Source: Thermodesulfovibrionales bacterium
GTDB lineage: Bacteria; Nitrospirota; Thermodesulfovibrionia; Thermodesulfovibrionales; UBA6898
Assembly (NCBI GenBank): GCA_044450345.1
Contig: JBIOIY010000013.1
Coordinates: 1 to 51,230 of the forward strand
Length of the DNA stretch: 51,230 nt
Reading direction: 5' to 3'
Shown piece by piece: positions 10,273-21,137 of the stretch; position 1 is the first letter of the stretch, and every line of letters begins with the position of its first letter. The translations under genes were made by a program, and so were the position numbers. A model generated the notes under the pieces. It was not told the origin of the DNA and did no database searches. It saw nothing but the letters and a program-made list of their open reading frames with translations.

Positions 10273-11154
10273 TCAGATATGTTGAGAAGTCGGACCGCCG
10301 GTTTTACGTAAAATTTCGGAGACTTTATTTACTATCTCCCTGATAGGAGCTGGTTTTTTTAAATATTTCAAATTATTCTTTCGAAAGAAGTCCATATGGT
10401 CGTGTGTAGGAGCGCCCGAAAAAAACATGATGCGTTTTCTTATCTCAGGGTCGCTAGCGGAAGCCTGGTTATAGAATTCAATTCCGTCCATCACAGGCAT
10501 ATATATATCCGAAATAATCACATCAAAATATTTTTCTTTTATCTTTTGAAGACCTTCTCTCCCATTCTGCGCGGTCTCGACGTGACCTTCATGCTCAAGA
10601 AGCCTTGATAGGAATTCTAAAATAGACAGGTCATCGTCAATTATAAGTATATGCTCTTTCCACACACGAGGCAGGCTCTTAATTATATAGAGATGTTTGC
10701 GTCCTTCAGGCAAAGATTCCATGAATTGCTCTATCACTCTTAGGTGCCCTTGCATTTTTGCTACTGTAGGCCTGAAATCTCTTTTCTCTCTCAAAGACTT
10801 TACTGCATAGATAAAAATGTCATTCCATTCGGAGTATTCCGTTGTAACAAGACAATCCATGACATTTTCTCTGGTGAAGTTGCCGGCTGATAACAACTCC
10901 CTATTTTTAATGAAGGGGGTTTCGATCTTCTCTTTTGTTTCATCGTCTACAGATATTGAGAAGGGAGGAGCGATATGCTGTGCTAAATACTCCGAAGCGC
11001 TTTCCATAACTTTGGCATGCCATGCCTCTTCACCTGAGAGAAGTCGGAAGAATTTCGAAAACTTTTCATCCTCTTTCAATCCTTCCGCTACTTCACCGTA
11101 AAAAGCACCGGCAAGACGTTCTATAGTGAGAAGCCAGTCAACCGTTTCTTTCAA
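10273..11154 (-). CDS. Response regulator: N-terminal ferritin-like domain plus C-terminal receiver
   Basis: Receiver ILIIDDD...DVIISDIYMPVMDG...KP; N-terminal IERLAGAFY...EEAWHAK. Confidence 0.75.
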   Translation of the reverse strand: MKETVDWLLTIERLAGAFYGEVAEGLKEDEKFSKFFRLLSGEEAWHAKVMESASEYLAQHIAPPFSISVDDETKEKIETPFIKNRELLSAGNFTRENVMDCLVTTEYSEWNDIFIYAVKSLREKRDFRPTVAKMQGHLRVIEQFMESLPEGRKHLYIIKSLPRVWKEHILIIDDDLSILEFLSRLLEHEGHVETAQNGREGLQKIKEKYFDVIISDIYMPVMDGIEFYNQASASDPEIRKRIMFFSGAPTHDHMDFFRKNNLKYLKKPAPIREIVNKVSEILRKTGGPTSQHI

Positions 11155-11486
11155 ATGAACCTCACGATATAAAGTAGCACATAAATGACCTGACTACCAG
11201 TAAAGCGGCGAAACTGAAAGTTCGGGGTCTGCGCCCGCCAGCCAGCGCAGCGTCTCCTCTTCGGTTGTTGTCACCGCCCTTTCGAGCCGCTCCTGCCCTC
11301 GGATAATAGAGAGTCTCACCGCATTGCCTATCGGCCCTCTCTCTTTGCAGGAATGGGAATAGAGTTCCATCCTGCATGACGCATTGATGGCGTTGCATGC
11401 TGATCTACAAAACTGTTGCCCAAGAACCCCTTGTAGGGCTATACTTTAGAAAAGTCTTCATTTCAAAGAGCAATCCGGGAGCGAAA

Positions 11487-12749
11487 ATGCCTTTTTTCGG
11501 TGAGGTTTTTTCAAGTGAGATAATCAAAAAACCGGTCCTTGACCCTAAAGGGGAAGACCTCGGCAGGGTGAAGGACATGGTTATTATAAAAGGAGACCCT
11601 CTGCCGAGGGTATCCGCCCTCATTATCGAGAGGAAGAAAAAGCTCTTCTGGCTTGCCTGGGCAGACCTCAATATCTTCAACAAGAAGATCATATCCTCGA
11701 GGGTCTTTAAAGACAGCCTGAAGCCGTATGAACTGGATGAGAACGACCTTTTGATCCTCAGGGATATCCTCGACAAGCAGATCGTGGATGCCAACGGAGC
11801 CAAAGTGGTGAGGGTGAACGACGTCAAGCTCGAGGGGTATAAAAACGACGCGATCCTGATCGCGGTCGACGTGGGGATGAGGGGCATCCTAAGGAGGCTC
11901 GGTGTCGAAAGGGGGGGAGAGGATTTCCTGAAGTTGTTCAAAAAGACACTCCCCTTTACACTGATAAGCTGGGATTATCTGCAGCCCCTCGAACCGAAGC
12001 TGACGTCAATATCCCTTACCGTGCCGAGGCAGATGCTTTCCGAACTGCACCCTGCCGACATCGCCGACATAATCAGCAGTGTCTCGCAGAAAGAAGGGAG
12101 CAGTTTCTTTAACAACCTCGACATCGAAACCGCTGCGGAGGCATTGTCGGAACTAAAACCTGAAATGCAAGCGGACCTTATCAGTTCGATGACGACGGAA
12201 AAGGCCGCCGATATTATTGAAGAGATGCCCCCTGACGAGGCGGCCGACATACTGAGCGACCTGCCCACTGAAAAGGCCAAGGAGATACTCGAAAACATAG
12301 AGAAGGAAGACGCGGAAGACATCCAGGAACTGCTGGGCCACGAGGAGGACACCGCCGGCGGCCTTATGACCAATGAATATATCGCCTATTCTCCCGACAT
12401 GACGGTCCAGGAGGCGCTGGAACGGTTCAAGGCCGAGGCAAAGGAAGTGGAGACGGTCTACTATATCTACGTTCTCGACAAGGATGAAAAACTCGTAGGC
12501 GTCATATCTCTCCGCGAGGTGCTCCTCGCCGAGAAAGACTGCATCCTCGCTGATACGATGGAGACGAACCTAAAGACTGTTAGGCCGGGCGAAGACGAGA
12601 TGGTTGTGGCGGAGATCATCTCAAAATACAACCTCCTGGCCCTGCCGGTCGTGGACGAGGAAGGCTATATGCACGGGGTCATCACGGTTGATGACGTCGT
12701 CGACATGCTGCTTCCTCCGGCGGCCAAGAAAAAAAGGAGGAAGGTGTGA
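11487..12749 (+). CDS. MgtE-like cytosolic protein (PRC barrel, MgtE_N and CBS pair) with no transmembrane domain
   Basis: LHPADIADII, EMPPDEAAD, EDTAGGLM, YYIYV, LPVVD...GVITVDD; ends at KKKRRKV. Start at ATG 11487 is inferred. Confidence 0.85.
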   Translation: MPFFGEVFSSEIIKKPVLDPKGEDLGRVKDMVIIKGDPLPRVSALIIERKKKLFWLAWADLNIFNKKIISSRVFKDSLKPYELDENDLLILRDILDKQIVDANGAKVVRVNDVKLEGYKNDAILIAVDVGMRGILRRLGVERGGEDFLKLFKKTLPFTLISWDYLQPLEPKLTSISLTVPRQMLSELHPADIADIISSVSQKEGSSFFNNLDIETAAEALSELKPEMQADLISSMTTEKAADIIEEMPPDEAADILSDLPTEKAKEILENIEKEDAEDIQELLGHEEDTAGGLMTNEYIAYSPDMTVQEALERFKAEAKEVETVYYIYVLDKDEKLVGVISLREVLLAEKDCILADTMETNLKTVRPGEDEMVVAEIISKYNLLALPVVDEEGYMHGVITVDDVVDMLLPPAAKKKRRKV

Positions 12750-13981
12750 CCCGCTGGAAGAAATTTCTCCTTTTCCTTTCGGTCATGGGGCCGGGGATTA
12801 TCACCGCCAACATCGATAACGACGCCCCCGGCATCACCACCTATTCCGTTGCAGGGGCGAGGTTCGGCTACGAACTGTTATGGACGCTCATACCGACCAC
12901 CGTGGCGCTTGTCGTTGTCCAGGAGATGATCGCGCGCATGGGGGTCGTTACGGGCAAAGGGCTTTCCGACCTGATACGCGAAAACTATGGGGTCAAAACC
13001 ACTTTTTTCATGATGCTGGGGTTGCTTCTGGCCAACTTCGGCAACACCGTGGCCGATCTTGCCGGATGGGCCGCCAGCATGGAGATACTGGGGTTGAGCA
13101 AATACGTTATGGTCCCTGTCGGCGCGCTGTCGATCTGGATCCTTGTTACGAAGGGAAGTTACCGGTTCGTTGAAAAAATGCTCCTTGTGGCATGCCTGAT
13201 ATATATAGGGTATGTGATCTCCGGGCTTATGGCAAAGCCGGACTGGGGCCCGGTGATGAAGAGCACGTTCATCCCCAGGATCCGCTGGAATTCGGAATAC
13301 ATGATGCTGAGCATAGCCATAATAGGGACAACGATAACCCCCTGGATGCAGTTCTATCTTCAGTCGTCCATTGCCGAAAAAGGGATAAAGAAAGAGCAGT
13401 ACAAGGCGTCGCGGCTGGATGTCGTAATTGGATGTTTGATAACGGACGTCATAAGTTTTTTCATTATCGTTACCTGTGGTGCACTGTTGTTTCCCCACGG
13501 GATTAGGGTCAACGAGGCATCAGAGGCGGCCCTTGCCCTGAAACCGCTTGCAGGGAAATATGCGTATCTCATCTTCTCCCTGAGTCTTGCCAACGCCTCG
13601 CTGCTTGGGGCAATCATTGTGCCTCTTGCAACAGCATATTATATCTGTGAAGCCATGGGTTGGGAGGCAGGGGTGAATAAGTCCTTCAAAGAGGCCCCGC
13701 AGTTTATGTGGATTTACACGATGACCATAGCCCTTTCGTCGGTGGTGATCCTTGTCCCGGGGGCCCCGCTGGTATCTCTTATGGTCTTGTCGGCAGTCAT
13801 CAACGGGCTATTGCTCCCTTTTGTGCTCGTATATGCGCTCTTACTCGTAAACAACAAGAAGTTGATGGGAGAATTCGTTAATCCGAGTGCATTTAATTAC
13901 ATCTCGTGGGGGACGGTTGTGACTATAATTATTCTTACGGGTTTTTTGATCATAACGACCCTATACCCTCTGAAGGGGTGA
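12746..13981 (+). CDS. NRAMP-family divalent metal transporter (NrmT/Mg-type-like)
   Basis: MGPGIITANIDNDAPGITTYS and IGTTITPWMQFY; GTGA overlap with the upstream gene. Confidence 0.9.
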   Translation: MTRWKKFLLFLSVMGPGIITANIDNDAPGITTYSVAGARFGYELLWTLIPTTVALVVVQEMIARMGVVTGKGLSDLIRENYGVKTTFFMMLGLLLANFGNTVADLAGWAASMEILGLSKYVMVPVGALSIWILVTKGSYRFVEKMLLVACLIYIGYVISGLMAKPDWGPVMKSTFIPRIRWNSEYMMLSIAIIGTTITPWMQFYLQSSIAEKGIKKEQYKASRLDVVIGCLITDVISFFIIVTCGALLFPHGIRVNEASEAALALKPLAGKYAYLIFSLSLANASLLGAIIVPLATAYYICEAMGWEAGVNKSFKEAPQFMWIYTMTIALSSVVILVPGAPLVSLMVLSAVINGLLLPFVLVYALLLVNNKKLMGEFVNPSAFNYISWGTVVTIIILTGFLIITTLYPLKG

Positions 13982-14075
13982 AATAAAGGGATGACTTAAG
14001 ATTTTTCCCGGCGAGAGCGGCGATGTAAGATGCGGATGCTTTAGTTTATAATTAATAAGTGCTCACGGAGGATGA

Positions 14076-15149
14076 ATGGTAAAGACGATCGACTGGGACA
14101 ACGGGAAGGTAGTTATGCTCGACCAGTCAAGGCTTCCGATCGAAGTCATCTATATAGAATGTGAAAATTATCTCAAGGTTGCAGAAGGGATAAAAAAGCT
14201 CTGGATAAGGGGCGCTCCGGCTATCGGTATAGCTGCCGCTATGGGGGCCGCCCTTGCCGCCCAGGATATAAAGGCCGACAATTACGAAGGCTTCATCGCA
14301 CAACTGGAACCCGCTTTCGAGGCCCTCCTTGCCACCAGGCCGACCGCGGTGAATATCCGATGGGCAGTCGAGAGGCTGAGGGCATTTCTCGAGAGGAACA
14401 GGGATGAAAACGTCCAGAGGCTAAGGGACCTCCTGATCGAAGAGTCGAAACGGATACTCGATGAGGACATACAGATAAATAAGGCGATCGGCAAGTGGGG
14501 CGCACAGTTTATTCATGACGGCGACACGGTACTGACACACTGCAACGCCGGGTCCCTTGCCACCGGCGGGTACGGGACTGCGACCGCGCCGATGCTCGTT
14601 GCCAGGGAACAGGGCAAGAGGTTCAGCGTCATTGCCGATGAGACGCGGCCGGTGCTTCAGGGGGCCAGGCTTACGGCCTGGGAGCTCATGCAGGAAGGGA
14701 TCCCTGTCACCCTGATCACGGACAATACCGCCGGCGCCCTGATGAAAAATGGCGAGATAAATCTTGCTATTGTGGGCACGGACAGGACCGTACTGAATGG
14801 GGATGTTGCAAACAAGATCGGGACTTATACCGTGGCGGTGCTGTGCAAAGAGCACAACATCCCTTTTTTTGTCGCCGCACCGATGAGCAGCATAGATTTT
14901 TCCATACCTTCGGGCGACCTTATTCCGATTGAAGAGAGGGCCCCTGAAGAAGTGACCCACATATTCGGCACCTGCAGGATCGCACCGGAGGGCGTAAAGG
15001 TGAGAAATCTCGCCTTCGATGTGACCCCTGCCAAATATGTTACTGCGATCATCACCGAAAATGGGGCATTCAGGCCGGGAGATCTGAAGGTCCTTGCACG
15101 GGGTGGTGATACGGACATCGAAAAACTCAGGATCAAAACGGATAAATGA
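14076..15149 (+). CDS. mtnA: S-methyl-5-thioribose-1-phosphate isomerase
   Basis: IRGAPAIG, TRPTAVN, LTHCNAGSLAT, DETRPVLQGARLT, NGDVANKIGT, FDVTP. Confidence 0.95.
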   Translation: MVKTIDWDNGKVVMLDQSRLPIEVIYIECENYLKVAEGIKKLWIRGAPAIGIAAAMGAALAAQDIKADNYEGFIAQLEPAFEALLATRPTAVNIRWAVERLRAFLERNRDENVQRLRDLLIEESKRILDEDIQINKAIGKWGAQFIHDGDTVLTHCNAGSLATGGYGTATAPMLVAREQGKRFSVIADETRPVLQGARLTAWELMQEGIPVTLITDNTAGALMKNGEINLAIVGTDRTVLNGDVANKIGTYTVAVLCKEHNIPFFVAAPMSSIDFSIPSGDLIPIEERAPEEVTHIFGTCRIAPEGVKVRNLAFDVTPAKYVTAIITENGAFRPGDLKVLARGGDTDIEKLRIKTDK

Positions 15150-15198
15150 GAGGACCTTTGCCTTGACATCAAAATATCCTCTGCCCTATCATCAAAAA

Positions 15199-16170
15199 AT
15201 GAATTTGCAGGACGTATTTGACCTTTATGAAGACAAACTCCGTCTTGTCGAACTCAAGATTATGGAGCTATTCAGAAATAAGGCGCCGGTCATCCCGCTG
15301 ATAGGCAGTTATATTACCTCAAGCGGAGGCAAAAGGCTCAGGCCGTTATTTCACCTCATCTGCGCTGACATGGCGGGGTATAAAGGAGATGCCCAGATCG
15401 AGATAGCGGGCATCATAGAATCGATCCATACTGCTTCCCTTCTCCACGATGACATAGTCGATATGGCCGAGACGAGGAGGGGCAAACCTACTGCAAATTC
15501 GGTCTGGGGCAATCAGGTAGTTGTCCTCGTGGGCGATTTTCTGTATTCGAATGCCTTGAAAACCGCGGTGGCACAGAATAACCAGAGGATAATGGAGACC
15601 CTCTCAGAGGCCACGACAAGGATGACCGAAGGAGAACTGCTTCAACTGAACCGGATAGGCGACCCTGACATTACCGAAGAGGACTATATAGAGATCATAT
15701 CTGCCAAGACAGGCGCCCTGATTTCCGCGGCCTGCAGCATAGGGGCGTTACTCGGGGGTCTTCCCCGCGATAAGGAACTTGCCCTTGCGGCTTTCGGAAT
15801 GAAGACCGGTATAGTGTTCCAGATGGCAGATGATATCCTCGATTACATGGCCGATGAAGGCGAACTCGGGAAGAAACTCTGCAAAGACCTTGAAGAGGGC
15901 AAGATAACCCTTCCCCTCCTTTATCTCCTCAGATCTGCGGACGGGGGAGAGATCCTGGAAGTCAAAAAAATAATCGGAGACAACTTCACGGGCGAAGGCA
16001 TCGAGAGGGTCATGGAGCTTCTGAAAAAATACCGCTCTATCGATGAATCCCTTAAAAAGGCCCGTTTGCTTGTCGAAGAGGCAAAATCGGAACTGTCGCT
16101 GTTTGCCGATGGACCTGCCAAGGAGGCCCTCCTTGCAATAGCCGACTACTCCCTGTCCCGAGAAAAGTGA
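15199..16170 (+). CDS. Polyprenyl diphosphate synthase (IspB/HepT-like)
   Basis: [15 protein letters not shown]...[22 protein letters not shown]. Start at ATG 15199 is inferred. Confidence 0.92.
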   Translation: MNLQDVFDLYEDKLRLVELKIMELFRNKAPVIPLIGSYITSSGGKRLRPLFHLICADMAGYKGDAQIEIAGIIESIHTASLLHDDIVDMAETRRGKPTANSVWGNQVVVLVGDFLYSNALKTAVAQNNQRIMETLSEATTRMTEGELLQLNRIGDPDITEEDYIEIISAKTGALISAACSIGALLGGLPRDKELALAAFGMKTGIVFQMADDILDYMADEGELGKKLCKDLEEGKITLPLLYLLRSADGGEILEVKKIIGDNFTGEGIERVMELLKKYRSIDESLKKARLLVEEAKSELSLFADGPAKEALLAIADYSLSREK

Positions 16171-16676
16171 TGCACGACCTCGTCGCACTCGCCAAGAAAA
16201 GCGTCGAGGAGTTCGTCAGACATGGGAAAGCAACGCAGTTCCCCGGACCGCCCCCCCCTGAAATGCAGGAAAAGGCCGGCGTTTTTGTTTGTATCAAAAA
16301 AGACGGGCAACTGAGGGGATGTGTCGGGACCTTTATGCCCTGCCGCGAAAACATCGCGGAAGAAACGGCACGGAATGCCATTTCGGCAGCCACCGAAGAC
16401 CCGCGCTTCCTGCCGGTCGAAGAAGAGGAATTGGGACGGCTGCATTATACCGTTGATGTGCTTTCCGCGCCGGAAAAGGTGAATGATGTGAAAGAGCTCG
16501 ATCCAAAGGAGTACGGGGTGATTGTGGTGTCGGGACAGAGGCGGGGGCTCCTGCTGCCGGACCTCGGGGGCGTGGATTCCGTTGAAGAGCAATTGCGTAT
16601 AGCAAGGATGAAGGCGGGAATATTTCCCGGTGAAAGTGCGGAGATTTTCAGGTTCAGGGTCAAGAGGTATAAATGA
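16167..16676 (+). CDS. amrA: AmmeMemoRadiSam system protein A (AMMECR1 domain)
   Basis: GVFVC...LRGCVGT, EDPRF, GLLLPDL and KAGI motifs. Confidence 0.9.
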   Translation: MMHDLVALAKKSVEEFVRHGKATQFPGPPPPEMQEKAGVFVCIKKDGQLRGCVGTFMPCRENIAEETARNAISAATEDPRFLPVEEEELGRLHYTVDVLSAPEKVNDVKELDPKEYGVIVVSGQRRGLLLPDLGGVDSVEEQLRIARMKAGIFPGESAEIFRFRVKRYK

Positions 16677-16969
16677 GGGGCGGCCCGGCTGACTGCGGTG
16701 AAGAATGCGCTCCCGGGAGGTCCGACAGGACACGTCTCGTGCGCAAGCTCCTGCTTGTCCTCCTGCTGATGGCGGTAGTGGCGCTCGAAGGGTATTATAT
16801 ATTTGTCTTACAGGATAAAGTTGAGAGGCAGTCTGAAGAACTGAGAAATATCTCGATAAAGCTGCAGTCTTCGAAAAACGAGAGTGCCGACCTCCGCGAA
16901 GAATTGTCTTCGATAAAAAAAATGGCAGGAGAGGGAAAAGATGGAAATACCGCTGACGGGCAACATTAA
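16673..16969 (+). CDS. Hypothetical single-TM coiled-coil protein
   Basis: Hydrophobic [13 protein letters not shown] followed by a coiled-coil-like segment; overlaps both neighbours. Start is uncertain. Confidence 0.55.
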   Translation: MRGGPADCGEECAPGRSDRTRLVRKLLLVLLLMAVVALEGYYIFVLQDKVERQSEELRNISIKLQSSKNESADLREELSSIKKMAGEGKDGNTADGQH

Positions 16970-18404
16970 GGATGTGAGTCTCGTAAAACTGCTGGTGCAC
17001 CTCAACCGGAACAGGAAAACCGGCACGCTTTCTTTTAAGACCCCGGTTTTTACGAAGGAGATATATCTGCACGCAGGTGACGCCATCTTCGCGTCTTCAA
17101 CGTATGAAGACGACAGGCTCGGAGAGATGCTGCTTAAGACGGACAAGATAACGGTGGAACAGTATGACAAGTCCGTCGAGATCCTGAAGTCATCAAGGAA
17201 GCGGCAAGGTGCGATCCTTGTGGAACTCGGCTATATCACCCCGAAAGACCTTTTTTGGGGGGTAAAGTATCAGGTCAAAGAGATTATCCACAGCATGTTC
17301 CTCCTGGAGGATGCAGAATATGAATTCAGGGAGGGGCAGATCCCGACGCAGGAAGTCATAACCCTTAAGATGAGCATGGGCAACCTGATCTATGAAGGAG
17401 TGACGAAGATCGACAACTGGACGAGGATACGCAATGAGATGCCTGACACGGATTCCGTATTAAGGTTGTCCGCCGATCCTGTTACCCTTTTCCAGGGCAT
17501 CGAGCTCAGCCCTCAGGACAGGAAGGTGCTTTCTCTTATAGACGGCAAGAAAATGATCAAGGATGTCATCGAAAGTTCGCGGCTCGGCTCTTTCGAGGCC
17601 TTAAAGATTCTCTATGTCCTTTGGGCGATAGGGATTATAGAGCAAGCGACCGCTATTCAGGCTGAGGCCGCTGCCGGTGAGACCGCAGGCGCACAGGAGG
17701 AACCGGCGCTGCTCGATGAGATATTAAGGCCCCACTCAGAAGAGGAGGAATCGCTCCTGAAGCGGATAGACTCACTCTACGGGAAGTTAGGCGGACTGAG
17801 CAAGTATGAATTGCTCGAAGTCGAGGCCGGGGCCGGCACAGAGACGATAAAGAAGAATTATTACAGGCTCGCCAGGGAATTCCACCCCGACCGGTATTTT
17901 GCAGTCACCGACGATTCAGTAAAGGCGAAACTTACCAAGATCTTCGATGCTATTACCGAGGCCTATGAGTCGTTAAAGGACGAAAAAACCCGCGAGGAAT
18001 ATTTACGTACGGCAGTCAGCCCCAGGCAGGAAGTAGAGTCTTCCGGAGGGATGAAGGCCGAGGAACAGTTTAAGAGGGGGGTGGATGAGTTCAAGAAGGG
18101 AAATTTTTTGGGTGCAGCCGATAATTTTAAGTGGGCGACCAAACTGACACCGAAAAGCGCCCAATACTGGAGCTATCTTTCGCTTGCCCTTTCCAAGATG
18201 CCGGGAAAGCTAAACGATGCCGAAGAGGCCCTGCTTGCTGCGGTAAAGCTGGAGCCTTTCAATGCCGATCATTACGCCAACCTCGGACTCCTTTACATGA
18301 AGGCCGGCGTCAGAAAAAGGGCCCGCAGCAATTTCGAAAAAGCACTGAAGATCGATCCATCGAGCGAAAAGGCAAAAAAGGGCATGGAACAGACCACCGA
18401 GTGA
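16941..18404 (+). CDS. DUF4388/PATAN-like domain, J-domain and TPR protein
   Basis: [14 protein letters not shown]...[23 protein letters not shown] (J-domain HPD); C-terminal TPRs. Confidence 0.85.
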   Translation: MEIPLTGNIKDVSLVKLLVHLNRNRKTGTLSFKTPVFTKEIYLHAGDAIFASSTYEDDRLGEMLLKTDKITVEQYDKSVEILKSSRKRQGAILVELGYITPKDLFWGVKYQVKEIIHSMFLLEDAEYEFREGQIPTQEVITLKMSMGNLIYEGVTKIDNWTRIRNEMPDTDSVLRLSADPVTLFQGIELSPQDRKVLSLIDGKKMIKDVIESSRLGSFEALKILYVLWAIGIIEQATAIQAEAAAGETAGAQEEPALLDEILRPHSEEEESLLKRIDSLYGKLGGLSKYELLEVEAGAGTETIKKNYYRLAREFHPDRYFAVTDDSVKAKLTKIFDAITEAYESLKDEKTREEYLRTAVSPRQEVESSGGMKAEEQFKRGVDEFKKGNFLGAADNFKWATKLTPKSAQYWSYLSLALSKMPGKLNDAEEALLAAVKLEPFNADHYANLGLLYMKAGVRKRARSNFEKALKIDPSSEKAKKGMEQTTE

Positions 18405-18427
18405 GGCCCGGACCTGCCGAACCCTCT

Positions 18428-19465
18428 ATGACTATCCGGGAACAGACCGAGGCGCTTGAAGGCAAGGTCCTGCATCCGAGGGCGTGTCTCAGCTCCAGGA
18501 GCAGGGGCCGCGCAAAGGCTGAAAAAGAAGGCGCGATCAGGACCTGTTTCCAACGAGACAGGGACAGGATAATCCATTCAAAGGCGTTCAGGAGGCTTAA
18601 GCATAAAACACAGGTATTTCTTGCCCCGAAGGGAGACCATTACAGGACCCGTCTGACGCATGTGCTGGAGGTCTCCCAGATTGCGAGGACCATTTCGAGG
18701 GCCTTGAGGCTCAATGAAGACCTGACTGAGGCGGTAGCCCTTGGGCACGATCTCGGTCATACCCCTTTCGGCCACGCGGGGGAAGATATCCTGAGGGACA
18801 TACACCCGGGAGGGTTCGACCATTTTAAGCAGAGTCTCAGGGTAGTTGATCTTCTCGAGAGGGACGGGCAGGGGCTGAATCTTACCTATGAGGTGAGAAA
18901 CGGCATTGTGAAGCATTCTAAAGGCAAGGGGCTCATACTGCCTTACAATATGGCAGAGCGGGCGAAGACGCTGGAAGGCCAGGTGGTGAGAGTTTCGGAT
19001 CTGATCGCGTATGCAAATCACGACCTTGACGATGCCCTAAGGGCAGAGGTGATCAGGGAGGCCGACATTCCGAAGAAGATCATGAAGGTACTCGGGGACA
19101 GCCACGCCGGAAGGATAGACACCATGGTGAAGGACTTTATCTACACATCGCTGCGCACGGGTCTCGAAGAGTTGAACATGAGCGAAGAGACATCAGGGGC
19201 AGCTTACATGCTGCGGGATTTCCTTTATGAGCGCGTCTATGAGAGTCAGGTCATCAAACGGGAATTCAGAAAGGCAAAAAAGATATTGGAGGACCTGTAC
19301 GAATATTACCTGGAGCACCCGGAAGAGGTTTCCGGGGACGTCCCATCGGGAAAAAAGGCGAACAAAAACCGCATGGTCTGCGACTTTATCGCAGGAATGA
19401 CCGACAGCTTCGCCCTCATGACCTACGAAAGGATCTTCCTGCCCCAGCAGTGGACTGTCCTATAG
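18428..19465 (+). CDS. Deoxyguanosinetriphosphate triphosphohydrolase-like HD protein
   Basis: [52 protein letters not shown]. Start at ATG 18428 is inferred. Confidence 0.92.
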   Translation: MTIREQTEALEGKVLHPRACLSSRSRGRAKAEKEGAIRTCFQRDRDRIIHSKAFRRLKHKTQVFLAPKGDHYRTRLTHVLEVSQIARTISRALRLNEDLTEAVALGHDLGHTPFGHAGEDILRDIHPGGFDHFKQSLRVVDLLERDGQGLNLTYEVRNGIVKHSKGKGLILPYNMAERAKTLEGQVVRVSDLIAYANHDLDDALRAEVIREADIPKKIMKVLGDSHAGRIDTMVKDFIYTSLRTGLEELNMSEETSGAAYMLRDFLYERVYESQVIKREFRKAKKILEDLYEYYLEHPEEVSGDVPSGKKANKNRMVCDFIAGMTDSFALMTYERIFLPQQWTVL

Positions 19466-19499
19466 CCATCAGCCGTTCCTCTTACCATCAAGTTCACGT

Positions 19500-21137
19500 T
19501 TATTTAATATCCCTGGCATGATGAATCAGCGGGATAGGGCAGTTGATAAATACGATCCCTCCGCCCCACCACATATCATGACCTCTGAGTGAATAATAAA
19601 CGGGGTGGTAAGAGTTGTAACACACCGGGTCCTTGCCGCAGACAGCTGGATCGGATGTATAATCCGTCTGGTTCTTTGCCGCAGTACCATTTAATGTGTG
19701 CACCTTGTCGGCGTGAGACCAGTAGTCGGTGTAGATGGCCTCGATCCAGGTCGAATAGAAACTGTACTTGAAATTGTAATCAGTGAGAATGTACATTACC
19801 CTCTTGAATTCTCCCGGATAAAGAAACGGAACAACAGCGTTGTACACTGTGGGTGATGCATTTTGAGGATTTTCGGTCGATGAGATCTTTACATAAATAT
19901 TTTGCAGGATGTGAGGATTCACGTCCCACGTATCTGCAATATGATCTTTAGGCATACTTGTATCCATCTGGTCGATTGCATCGGAGGCGGAATACCAGTT
20001 TCCATTTATACATGACCTGTCTGTGTCATTAAACACGTCTATAGGGGTAGGCTCGCTGATGTCTTTTATGCCGATGGCAACGGCGCCGTCTTCAGTTCCT
20101 ATCTTCCCCTTGAATATAACCTGAAGATAGAGGTCCGTCACGTCAACAGGGATGGGGTCATTATCGAAGTTGAATTCAACCTCTACCGGAGCATTCGAGC
20201 TCAAGTCTATCGCCTTGGTTTCGGACACTGAATAAATGAAATCGGTATCATTGGTATCCGCTTTATACTTTGCCACAGCTTGGACCGTTCCGTTTTGCAT
20301 CTGTTCGCTAGGGCTTGCGTTCTTCACTTTCGCCCTGATTCTCGTGAAGTTAGGGTCGGTCGCGCTACCATCGATCATGGAGTATATGAACTGAGAGGGA
20401 GGGGTTATCTCAAGGCGTCTAGTGAGGACATATCCCGCAACCGCACCGTCTTCGCTTCCCATCTTTCCCTTGAAGACAACGATGTACTTGCCTGGTTCTT
20501 TCGCGTCGGCAGGAGGGATGAAGTCGAAGATGTTCGTCTTGTCGTCCATTGTGGATTCCAAATATCCTTTCCCCACCCAGAGGGGGAACCTCTCACTGTT
20601 TGCGTTGTCATAGTAGACAGTGAAATCACCCTCCACCCGCTCACCCGTCTTGTTTACGAAGACAAATCCAGGTGTGCTGCTTGTCTCATAGCTTAGCCTT
20701 ATGTCGCCGCGGAAAAAATAATCAAGAAGAGCGGTAGAGTAGCCGACTGCGCGGGGGAGAAGTAAGGCGGCGTAATCGTTGTAAACGTTGTCATCCAAAA
20801 CAAGTGGTGAATAATCATATTTACCTTTTTTGATGCAATCGTAAGAAATATAGCTGAATGAAGCGATGCGTGTGTCCGCATCGCCCACAGTTTTTCTTAT
20901 ATATACTCTGTTGTCAAATTTGCCATCTTCGGCATCCACCTGTTCTGGATGGTTTATGGCATCAAGATAGTTGGTGTCTGCATATGCCGGATGAGGATAG
21001 TCCCTGAATATAGTGTCTTCACTGAAGAAGTTGGCGTTAGTATATTCAGCAAGCCCGATATTGAATCCCATTGCTAAACTGATATCAGCACCGGTATACG
21101 TGTCTGTATCCCATAGCGCCGAAATAGGCACTGGGGC
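19500..21137 (-). pseudogene. 5'-truncated gene for a hypothetical (probably extracellular) protein
   Basis: Begins mid-domain (APVPISALWDTD...GLAEYTNANFFSEDTIF) inside the upstream ORF, with no signal peptide or convincing start. Internal repeat VFKGK(M/I)GxEDGAVA. Confidence 0.6.

Noticed and set aside
11194..11400. Minus-strand frame ...GPIGNAVRLSIIRGQERLERAVTT..., faintly like the end of a PDZ domain, and the overlapping 78-aa ORF 11162-11398
   Set aside because: Similarity is too short to support without a search, and there is no convincing start or SD.
11400..11486. Possible M-box (ykoK) riboswitch upstream of the MgtE-like gene (CTGTTGCCCAAGAA)
   Set aside because: Only one short segment resembles the consensus; the other conserved M-box blocks are not visible.
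13982..14075. Possible SAM riboswitch upstream of mtnA
   Set aside because: No SAM-I core (ATC.AGAG...GGCCC...GCAACC) is present and the leader is short.
16146..17072. Long antisense ORFs (this 308-aa ORF; also 45533-46606, 47503-48318 and 23673-24434)
   Set aside because: Shadow frames of well-supported genes on the opposite strand, with no recognisable motifs.
17285..17293. Perfect DnaA box TTATCCACA
   Set aside because: A single copy inside a coding region; expected by chance.
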